From: a virus
IMG/VR virus record: IMGVR_UViG_3300045988_044169
Span: 1 to 29,033 of that record
Strand: one strand, 5' to 3'
DNA length: 29,033 nt
The notes beneath the pieces were generated by a model, which was given only the letters and a program-made list of their open reading frames with translations, did not search any database and was not told the origin of the DNA. Of this stretch, positions 22,325 through 29,033 are shown in pieces. Position 1 is the first letter of the stretch. Each line of letters starts with the position of its first letter. The translations under genes and the position numbers were made by a program.

Positions 22325-22651
22325 ATGGCAACGAACCCATTCACCGTCACCATCGACGGCAAGGAAACCCTAGTATGCCAGAGCGCCCACACAGGGCTCT
22401 TCTACTCCATCCGAAACGACGGCAGGCATATCCCCGTCAGCTATCGTCTCATCAAGACGCAGGTCTCCAGCATGCAGCGGCTCAAATACTGGCGGAGCCG
22501 TTACGGGTACACGCAGTCCGACCTAGCCGAAAGACTCCACGTGTCCAGTAAGACCATCATCGAGATGTGGGAAAACGGGTTGAGACACCCGCTCAAGAAA
22601 TACAGGCAGCTGATCAACGCCGAACTCAGTCAGGACATCTTCCCCGACTGA
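22325..22651 (+). CDS. Protein with C-terminal XRE-type HTH
   Basis: Track ORF trimmed to ATG 22325. Contains YTQSDLAERLHVSSKTIIEMWENG. Confidence 0.6.
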   Translation: MATNPFTVTIDGKETLVCQSAHTGLFYSIRNDGRHIPVSYRLIKTQVSSMQRLKYWRSRYGYTQSDLAERLHVSSKTIIEMWENGLRHPLKKYRQLINAELSQDIFPD

Positions 22652-22663
22652 TCCCCTTCCCTA

Positions 22664-22704
22664 CGGCGTGTCGCATCAGTGTGGCACGCCGATTATGATA
22701 TAGT
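22664..22704 (+). promoter_or_regulatory. Promoter cassette F: CGGCGTGTCG + 25 nt + TATAGT + conserved leader
   Basis: Same imperfect palindrome as cassette D. Leader: TATAGTAAAGACATCAAGCAGAG. Confidence 0.55.
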
Positions 22705-22751
22705 AAAGACATCAAGCAGAGATTCTGCCTAACATAAAAAAGGAGCCACAA

Positions 22752-23021
22752 ATGGAAACCGTCAAATACCTCACCACCATCATCAGCCTCATCATGCAAC
22801 AGCCGAAAATCGGGACCATCCTCGACAAGGACGGACTCGACCCGGAAATCACCTACGGGCGAGTCGGCCTCAAAGACTACAACGCGTTCATCAACCTCTA
22901 CGGCCTACTGAACGGCATCGAAGAAGTCGAAACCACACCAGTCCACGAAATCGACAACGGCATCGGATACGACTTCACCATGACAGCCCCGATCACACTA
23001 CACTTCTTCTACTGGAAGTAA
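22752..23021 (+). CDS. Hypothetical acidic protein (89 aa)
   Basis: AAAAGGAGCC RBS. It has its own promoter cassette and its own terminator. Confidence 0.55.
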   Translation: METVKYLTTIISLIMQQPKIGTILDKDGLDPEITYGRVGLKDYNAFINLYGLLNGIEEVETTPVHEIDNGIGYDFTMTAPITLHFFYWK

Positions 23022-23036
23022 TCCAAAAACATACGT

Positions 23037-23079
23037 AAACGCCCCGCAGCCGGCCGAACAAGCCAGACGCGGGGCGTTT
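23037..23079. terminator. Bidirectional terminator between the convergent early-right and lysis units
   Basis: AAACGCCCCGC-N21-GCGGGGCGTTT. Confidence 0.7.
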
Positions 23080-23095
23080 CACATATCAGAGTCGA

Positions 23096-23395
23096 CTAGC
23101 GGCTCACACCGGCATAATGCACTCCGAACAAGCCAGCCACACCGGAACCAACCAGCGCGCAAGCGCCACCAACGACAGCAACCCACGACGGAACACCCGG
23201 AACAGCACTCACCAGACTAGCCACCGCACCGGCAATCCCAACCAAACCAGACACCAAATACGCCCAACGACGCGTCCCGGCATCAAACGTAGGCACATAA
23301 TTATCCGAACCGTCGGCACACTCGTTCGTGATCATGGTCTCCGAAACCGGCTCACCAGACAACACGTCATCAGCCAACACCGCATGCTTAACCAT
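23096..23395 (-). CDS. Holin-like membrane protein downstream of the endolysin
   Basis: Track ORF trimmed to ATG 23395 (AAAGGA lies 11 nt upstream). The C-terminal half has two Gly/Ala/Val-rich hydrophobic spans. Confidence 0.6.
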   Translation of the reverse strand: MVKHAVLADDVLSGEPVSETMITNECADGSDNYVPTFDAGTRRWAYLVSGLVGIAGAVASLVSAVPGVPSWVAVVGGACALVGSGVAGLFGVHYAGVSR

Positions 23396-23414
23396 AAACA
23401 ACCAATCCTTTCAA

Positions 23415-24260
23415 TCAGTGGAAAATAATACCGTCATTAAGACGCTTCTGAAACTCCTTCACGGCCATGCTCGGAGCGGGACCGATTATCCCATCACCCG
23501 AAAAACCGTTCATCTCCAACAGGAACCTGCGAACGAACTCAGGGCCCGCATTACGAGGCCGGTCCGTAATACCGAACCGATGAGACATCCACTCAACCCA
23601 ATCACTACCCGAAGTACCCTCCTCAAGACAGGCGATATTCCGATTCTCAACACACCTGATCTGCCCGGACATGACACCATCGACCGACGTGCCGGCAACC
23701 TCCTGAGCCCTACGCATCGTCAACGGCCCCCAAGAACCATCCACCTCAAGCTTCGTGACCGACTGTGTGGCAGGCTGGACAGGCACCGGATTCGACGGAG
23801 CCACCAAACCCCGAGCCAAACGATCTAAACGATCCAGATCATACGAGCCCGGACACTGCGTCGCAGAACAATCACGATGACGAATCAAAGGCAAATCACC
23901 ATACACCGTCCGCAGATCGCGAATAAGCTCGGCGATCGTCTCATAATCGCCATCCGACTGACGAGGATTACACTCGATGCCAATACCCATATCATTGCCC
24001 TTGGAACCTACGCCGACCCCATCCCCGGCATTCCACGCACGATCATCAGGATCCACAATGCACGCCACACGGCCGGCCTCGGCCACGTAATGTGCGGAAG
24101 CGCTACGAGCCGGACTGCACAAGGTCTTAATGACACCCTCGAACGTCGGGTGCGTATTTGGATCACCCCACCAATGAATTACAATGAACTTGATACCATA
24201 CGGGCGACCGCTCGTATAATTCGGGCTATCATACCGGGTAATGTTCTCGTAAGACATCAT
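23415..24260 (-). CDS. Endolysin: N-acetylmuramoyl-L-alanine amidase (Amidase_2/PGRP-type) with C-terminal peptidoglycan-binding-like repeats
   Basis: Trimmed to ATG 24260 (AAGGAAG RBS). FIVIHWWG ... SAHYVAEAGRV ... AWNAGDG ... IGIECNP ... HRDCSATQCPG. The C-terminus has VDGSWGPLTMRRAQ and GDGIIGPAPSMAVKEFQ repeats. Confidence 0.9.
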   Translation of the reverse strand: MMSYENITRYDSPNYTSGRPYGIKFIVIHWWGDPNTHPTFEGVIKTLCSPARSASAHYVAEAGRVACIVDPDDRAWNAGDGVGVGSKGNDMGIGIECNPRQSDGDYETIAELIRDLRTVYGDLPLIRHRDCSATQCPGSYDLDRLDRLARGLVAPSNPVPVQPATQSVTKLEVDGSWGPLTMRRAQEVAGTSVDGVMSGQIRCVENRNIACLEEGTSGSDWVEWMSHRFGITDRPRNAGPEFVRRFLLEMNGFSGDGIIGPAPSMAVKEFQKRLNDGIIFH

Positions 24261-24271
24261 AAAACTTCCTT

Positions 24272-24463
24272 TCAAACAGTCAAAACATACCAAACGGTAA
24301 AAAGAAAACGAGCGAAATCCGGAATCCCAGTAACAAGCAGATAACCGCCTACCACCATGACGCCAATAAGAAACGACGACAAGAGAATAAGAACGACGTT
24401 CTCGATGAATTCACGACTCATGCCACCAAGCATACCAAAACACACTACGCTAGACTTAATCAC
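24272..24463 (-). CDS. Small two-span membrane protein upstream of the endolysin (second holin candidate)
   Basis: 63-aa ORF (GTG start; internal ATGs are possible). Hydrophobic spans VVLILLSSFLIGVMVVGGYLLV and FARFLFTVWYVL. Start codon uncertain. Confidence 0.4.
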   Translation of the reverse strand: MIKSSVVCFGMLGGMSREFIENVVLILLSSFLIGVMVVGGYLLVTGIPDFARFLFTVWYVLTV

Positions 24464-24808
24464 ATGACCGAACTAATATCATCCATCATCGGACTCGCCG
24501 GCATAGCAGTAGGCGGCACCATCACATGGGCCACCACACGACGCAACAACCTCACCACCGCCTACCAACACCTCGTAGAAGCACAAGGCGAACTCAAAAA
24601 ACAAATCGACGCTCAAGACGAAAAAATAAACAAACTCATCCGAACACGAGACGGACTACAACACACAAGCGACCTCGAAACCAGCTACATCCGTAACCTA
24701 GGCCACTGGCTCTCCGAATTCTGCGAAATAGTCGACGGAGAATTCCTCACACGCCACCCAAAACCATCCCTACCAGACGAACTACGAGACCGCATCTGCC
24801 CACTCTGA
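24464..24808 (+). CDS. Membrane-anchored coiled-coil protein encoded against the flanking minus-strand genes
   Basis: N-terminal span LISSIIGLAGIAVGGTITWA, then an amphipathic helix region. No competing minus ORF. Followed by a 12-bp hairpin. Caveat: no clear SD sequence, and long ORFs arise easily on this A+C-rich strand. Confidence 0.55.
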   Translation: MTELISSIIGLAGIAVGGTITWATTRRNNLTTAYQHLVEAQGELKKQIDAQDEKINKLIRTRDGLQHTSDLETSYIRNLGHWLSEFCEIVDGEFLTRHPKPSLPDELRDRICPL

Positions 24809-24827
24809 CCGACCCGACATGAAACAA

Positions 24828-24859
24828 GTGCCATGATCGAACAATCACGATCATGGCAC
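24828..24859. terminator. Perfect 12-bp hairpin between convergent genes
   Basis: GTGCCATGATCG-aacaatca-CGATCATGGCAC. Weak U-tracts on both sides. Confidence 0.5.
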
Positions 24860-24890
24860 TCTAGTCAGAAAACCAAAACCAGACAAACCC

Positions 24891-25790
24891 CTAATACCGT
24901 CTGGAAATCGGCCAACTCACACTACCCCTACGAGAACCAGTCGAACCAGTCCCACCCCTATTAGTGACCTTAATGGTACCGTCAACCCCAACCATCAACA
25001 AACCAGTGGCACTACCCCCATTCTCAACACAAAGAGCAGCCGAAACATCCACCACAGGACAACACGCCGTCTTCACCTTACCTGTAAAAGGCACTTCAGC
25101 CCACGAGCCATTATCGATCTGAATACCGGAAACCTGAACAGTACAAGAATCCGCACCATACAAGAGCGTAATACTCCCATTAAGCCAATTAGTGGTGACC
25201 ACTTCGAGAGTGTCATGCCAGACGCCATTCTCCCTCACATACCGGGTACCGGAAGCCGCCACAAACACTTCCTGCCCATCAGCCGCGGGAAGAGTCTTCA
25301 ACCTATCCACGTTAGCCACTTCCACCAGCATGCTCTGACGCAACACAGGAACCACGTCAGAAATAACGCCAGCAGTAACATAAGCAAGCACCAAACCGGG
25401 AATCGTATCATCGGCAGCCGACTCCGGATACACCTTCACCAAACCACGAGGCTCGCTACCATGCGAATGATTCGGATCCTCCACAATGACCGCAATCTTA
25501 TAATTACCGGACAGACCGGGAACTGTCACGGTCTCATCGCTCTTAACGGCATAAGTGTAAGACCCGATATTAGCCCACGGGCTCACTATCCCACAATGAG
25601 GTCGGACGGTGACCTTCAACCCGTCGATCACACACAACGGGCTCGCAGCACCATACAACACGCCGGAAACACAGTTGAAAACCGTACCATCAGACGGAGC
25701 CAGGAACGGGTTGACGACATGCCGAAAATCATCAGCCGTGTAAGCCGGAGCCCCATCCACGGCAGTCAAAGGATGCATGACAATACTCAT
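24891..25790 (-). CDS. Tail fibre / receptor-binding protein (distal-most structural gene)
   Basis: 299 aa, Val/Gly/Ser/Thr-rich beta-type sequence. It is the last gene of the tail module. Called by position. Confidence 0.6.
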   Translation of the reverse strand: MSIVMHPLTAVDGAPAYTADDFRHVVNPFLAPSDGTVFNCVSGVLYGAASPLCVIDGLKVTVRPHCGIVSPWANIGSYTYAVKSDETVTVPGLSGNYKIAVIVEDPNHSHGSEPRGLVKVYPESAADDTIPGLVLAYVTAGVISDVVPVLRQSMLVEVANVDRLKTLPAADGQEVFVAASGTRYVRENGVWHDTLEVVTTNWLNGSITLLYGADSCTVQVSGIQIDNGSWAEVPFTGKVKTACCPVVDVSAALCVENGGSATGLLMVGVDGTIKVTNRGGTGSTGSRRGSVSWPISRRY

Positions 25791-25793
25791 AAA

Positions 25794-26486
25794 CTACTCT
25801 CCAACAGTAGAATTCTTAATATAAGCCTCCTCTATTTTAACAATCTTTGCGGAAAGACTCTCGACCACATCCTTCAATTTATCCACCTCATCCATGCTCT
25901 CCTGAGCCAACCGTAAAGCAGCCATACTCAACTTCGGATAGTCAACGCCGACAGGAACATCATCGTCATCATATTCACAAAAGAAACCAAGCCCCGCATC
26001 ATCCAAATCCTCGGCAATGAGACCGACAACCGGCTGCGCGTCATCAAGTTTCAAATTCAAATCATCATTGAACCAATACACGTGCCATTTCACCCGACGG
26101 AGAGCGTCCAACGGGATGAACCCGTCAGCATCCTCAACATTCGCCACTGAACACGCCGACGAACAATCACTACCTAACGTCCCATCATAAAGACAATAAA
26201 CCGGCTTCCGAGGAGTCAACGAAAGCGTAGCGTCAAACACGCTACGAACACCGGTACCACCATGAGCCGGCACCACCACGATACCATCACCGTCAACATC
26301 AGACTGATCCACTCCCACGGAAAGCGAGTTGAAATCACTTTCAACGGCAGCGACACGCGCCCCCAACCGTCCAACGCTCTTACCGACACTAGCCGGCAAC
26401 TCTCGCAACTGACGACGAACCTCCGAAAACTGGCGGGCGGTCGCATCCACCCCATCAAGCGAAAACCTGAACTTACCTTGCATCAT
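25794..26486 (-). CDS. Tail fibre protein with C-terminal region resembling an intramolecular chaperone (peptidase S74-type) domain
   Basis: VVGLIAEDLDDAGLGFFCEYDDDDVPVGVDYPKLSMAALRLAQESMDEVDKLKDVVESLSAKIVKIEE resembles the GFIAQE...Y..L...L..AIQEL pattern of S74 chaperone domains. This is from memory only. Confidence 0.55.
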   Translation of the reverse strand: MMQGKFRFSLDGVDATARQFSEVRRQLRELPASVGKSVGRLGARVAAVESDFNSLSVGVDQSDVDGDGIVVVPAHGGTGVRSVFDATLSLTPRKPVYCLYDGTLGSDCSSACSVANVEDADGFIPLDALRRVKWHVYWFNDDLNLKLDDAQPVVGLIAEDLDDAGLGFFCEYDDDDVPVGVDYPKLSMAALRLAQESMDEVDKLKDVVESLSAKIVKIEEAYIKNSTVGE

Positions 26487-26492
26487 ATCCTC

Positions 26493-27602
26493 CTACTGCA
26501 ATACGGGCGTAACAGTCCAAGAACCACTGAAATCAATATCGTATCCGACGACACGAGCCTCACCATGTTCAAAACCTTCCAAACGTCCACTATCATCGGT
26601 GATATTCCATGCGACGACATCACCCGGACTCCAATCCCGATAAACAACAGGCGCGGCCATCAGATCCAACGTCATGTCAACAGTGTCCGTACCATTCTGT
26701 AATTGCCGTAACGCGAACATGGCGTGATCGTTCAACGTTTCCTTCTGCGTAATACTATCCGACACTCGGGCCACATATTCGACGACAGGACGATAAGACT
26801 GTTCCACGGTCATCACATTAGACCGCAACTGATCCTCCCCCGACGTACTCCCGACCGCCACGACCATATTCGAACCATAACCAGTCGTGTAATCCTCCAC
26901 GATCCTGAAAGACGTCATCACACTCTCATCAAACGTCGTGATCGGAGTGACGGAACCTATCCTGTCCGCAACCGTCAAAACCGGCAGATATCTGCCACCA
27001 TCGACTGCCCTCCATGACGTACACCATTCCGGGCCATTCTGAACATTCGAAAAGTTCTGAAGAACACTCAGCAACGTTTTCTCGGAGGACTCTTCATACG
27101 TCCTGTCGCGTAATATCCTACTGGAAGACACGTCCGTCAGAAGCGTGAACCGATGATCCGTGAGCGTACTCGACACAAGATCCTCCACGATCTCGCACTG
27201 GTCACGTTTCGAATACGAGTGATCCTTCACATACACGCTGTCGAAATAATGTTCGACGGTCGCCAACGTGAGGGACAGTCCCCGATCCTGCAAGCAACGC
27301 TCCCGTTTGACGACGATACCACCCCATAATACGGTCAGTCCGCTCACCAAGACGATAGCCACACCATATGGGATCGTCGCCTCATTCCAATTAGATGGAA
27401 TGTTCCGCCACGGAACCGTCACCGTCTCACTCGTCTTTTCCTCAAAACGATACGAAAACTTGGAAACCTGCAAGTCCGGGAATTCCGCCAACACGGTTCC
27501 ACTGGTCAAAGACACCGAAAGGAATTGAAACCCGGCCGTATCCCACAATGCATACTCGCCCAAAGAACGGGACGAGTCAAACCAATCATCAGACAAAACC
27601 AT
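26493..27602 (-). CDS. Tal-like minor tail / baseplate hub protein (by position)
   Basis: 369-aa ORF directly downstream of the Dit-position gene. Confidence 0.55.
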   Translation of the reverse strand: MVLSDDWFDSSRSLGEYALWDTAGFQFLSVSLTSGTVLAEFPDLQVSKFSYRFEEKTSETVTVPWRNIPSNWNEATIPYGVAIVLVSGLTVLWGGIVVKRERCLQDRGLSLTLATVEHYFDSVYVKDHSYSKRDQCEIVEDLVSSTLTDHRFTLLTDVSSSRILRDRTYEESSEKTLLSVLQNFSNVQNGPEWCTSWRAVDGGRYLPVLTVADRIGSVTPITTFDESVMTSFRIVEDYTTGYGSNMVVAVGSTSGEDQLRSNVMTVEQSYRPVVEYVARVSDSITQKETLNDHAMFALRQLQNGTDTVDMTLDLMAAPVVYRDWSPGDVVAWNITDDSGRLEGFEHGEARVVGYDIDFSGSWTVTPVLQ

Positions 27603-27612
27603 GACATGCTCC

Positions 27613-28503
27613 TTACAAGTAAGCCGGATAGAACGAAACCGTCATACGAGCGTCACTTGAATATTTGCTCGCACTGAAAGCCCACTCGTTCGATCCGGCC
27701 ACAGCCTGACTCCACTCACGTCTGACGACACGGGCACGAGCCGGATCGAACCCGTCGACCAATATCTCATGGTTCATGCCGTTCACGGTCACATAATGGC
27801 CGATGCCGAGACTCATGTCGAAAGCTATGACATGCCCACTCTCGACATGCGATACCTGCGGGTTTACGACCGGACCATCGATGCGAATAAACACCGGACT
27901 GGAAGCGTTACCAATATTCGACAGTGAAACATGACCGGATATGATATCCTCACTCCACGTCCAAGACGACACTGAACCACTACACGTTCCGAAACAGTAG
28001 GGGAGTGTCATACCGCCAGACGTTCTCGGCAATCCAGACACGCCAGACACCAGTTCAAGCCCGTACAAGCACGGGTCCAAAGACGTCAAGCCAACACTGA
28101 AATGAAGCATGTTCACTCCAGCCCATTTAACCAATGGTGCGGACGCTGACGGCACCACTTGCAGTTGACGGGCGATATTCCCAAGTTGTACTACCAGTCT
28201 CATGCCAGCAGTGTTCAGAACGCTTTTAAACGCGGTCCACGCGTTCACGCATGATTCGGTACACCGGCCGATGATATGGCCTTCGATACTGATGGTACGG
28301 CCTTTCAAACGAGGCAGATTACCATACCAGCCGTCAGTCATAAGCTTTTCACTGGTTTGTAAAGTCGACCCCACACCGTCGAACAAGCCGGACACGTCCT
28401 GAAACGTGACATGCCATTCGCACCCATACGAGTCCACTCCGTAGAGAGGGAAATCGTTCAACGTTAACCGAAGGTCACGGGAATCGGGAAAAAACATGCT
28501 CAT
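27613..28503 (-). CDS. Distal tail protein (Dit-like, by position)
   Basis: 296-aa ORF immediately downstream of the tape measure stop. Confidence 0.65.
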   Translation of the reverse strand: MSMFFPDSRDLRLTLNDFPLYGVDSYGCEWHVTFQDVSGLFDGVGSTLQTSEKLMTDGWYGNLPRLKGRTISIEGHIIGRCTESCVNAWTAFKSVLNTAGMRLVVQLGNIARQLQVVPSASAPLVKWAGVNMLHFSVGLTSLDPCLYGLELVSGVSGLPRTSGGMTLPYCFGTCSGSVSSWTWSEDIISGHVSLSNIGNASSPVFIRIDGPVVNPQVSHVESGHVIAFDMSLGIGHYVTVNGMNHEILVDGFDPARARVVRREWSQAVAGSNEWAFSASKYSSDARMTVSFYPAYL

Positions 28504-28521
28504 AATCTCATCATATCCTTA

Positions 28522-29033
28522 TCACACGTAACAGAAATTGATCATTCGCACCGTTTCCCGAGCCGCCATCGTCGGATCGGAAGCATTCACGGTAATCGGA
28601 GCGGACACGCGAGGCCCACTGTTCTCATTCAAAGCCACCGGGGAAGCCATTGGAGTCGAAAGAGAACCTGACAGTGAGGACGGGAGTAGATCCGATATCA
28701 TGCTCTGTACCGGTCGTACGGCCAAGCTTTCGTTCATTTCCACGCCGACACCCAAACCGGCGGGGATCATCTTGCCGACCTCGTCACGGAACACTCGTGA
28801 TGGCGAGTGAATTCCAAGAGCGCCCTTCGCGGCGTTGACGATGCTGGAAGCCGCTCCCTTGACTGCTGCGACGGCATTGCCTATGGCTCCTTTAATGCCG
28901 TTGATCAGGCCTTGGATGATGTTGTTGCCGGCGGAAACGAGCCATGATCCGGCATTGTTGAACGCGCTTCTGATCTTACCGCCGATACCATTGACTGTGT
29001 TTGAGACCGCGTTGACACCGTTACGTACGGCAC
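28522..29033 (-). CDS. Tail tape measure protein, C-terminal part (continues from 1..1592 across the junction)
   Basis: Hand translation upstream of the track fragment stays open to 29033: GKIRSAFNNAGSWLVSAGNNIIQGLINGIKGAIGNAVAAVKGAASSIVNAAKGALGIHSPSRVFRDEVGKMIPAGLGVG... The GIHSPSRVF motif is typical of tape measures. The frame matches 1..1592 through the overlap. Confidence 0.85.
   Translation of the reverse strand, partial: AVRNGVNAVSNTVNGIGGKIRSAFNNAGSWLVSAGNNIIQGLINGIKGAIGNAVAAVKGAASSIVNAAKGALGIHSPSRVFRDEVGKMIPAGLGVGVEMNESLAVRPVQSMISDLLPSSLSGSLSTPMASPVALNENSGPRVSAPITVNASDPTMAARETVRMINFCYV
28979..29033. repeat. 55-nt exact terminal overlap, right copy
   Basis: Identical to 1..55. It lies inside the tape measure ORF. 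Confidence 0.98.

Noticed and set aside
25215-25916. 233-aa plus-strand ORF antisense to the RBP and fibre genes. Similar ORFs lie at 23117-23428, 23328-23828, 23877-24344 and 26262-26702.
   Set aside because: Same artefact: in this region the A+C-rich, stop-poor strand is the antisense strand. The products are His/Arg/Thr/Asn/Pro-rich, while the minus-strand ORFs show endolysin motifs and tail synteny.

Overview
The window is a complete tailed-phage genome of about 28,978 bp, either circularly closed or circularly permuted. Bases 1-55 recur exactly at 28979-29033, and the tape measure ORF reads in frame through that junction.

Layout:
- Leftward (minus-strand) arm. An early-left operon runs 12955->11310: Xis/MerR-type HTH, Bro-N/KilAC antirepressor, SSB and a small membrane protein. 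A siphovirus morphogenesis operon follows: TerS, PBSX-type TerL, portal fused to a MuF/SPP1-gp7-type domain, prohead protease fused to the major capsid protein, a collagen-like protein, connectors, a major tail protein with an Ig-like end, two chaperone-position ORFs, the tape measure across the junction, Dit, a Tal-like protein and two fibre/RBP proteins. A lysis cassette lies at 23096-24463.
- Rightward (plus-strand) early arm, 13262-23021: dUTPase, DUF1064-like, replisome organiser, DnaC-like loader, DUF3310-like, Erf, YqaJ-type exonuclease, glutaredoxin-like protein, HTH regulators and several small, very acidic ORFans.

I recognised no integrase, CI-type repressor, partition genes, tRNA, CRISPR array or reverse transcriptase. 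The host is probably a Gram-positive, possibly Actinomycetota-like, bacterium; that is inference only.

Most unusual observations:
1. Synonymous-site bias follows the DNA strand rather than the transcription direction. The tail-tip and lysis genes use mirror-image codons relative to the other minus-strand genes, and the change begins inside the tape measure ORF.
2. About 780 bp (14427-15204) is noncoding. It holds an iteron/palindrome block and a G+T-rich, hairpin-rich, ORF-poor block of reversed polarity.
3. Seven promoter/leader cassettes share the 10-mer CGGCGTGTCG.
4. A leftward promoter runs straight into an intrinsic terminator in the divergent control region.

All domain calls come from motifs recognised by eye. 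No database search was run.
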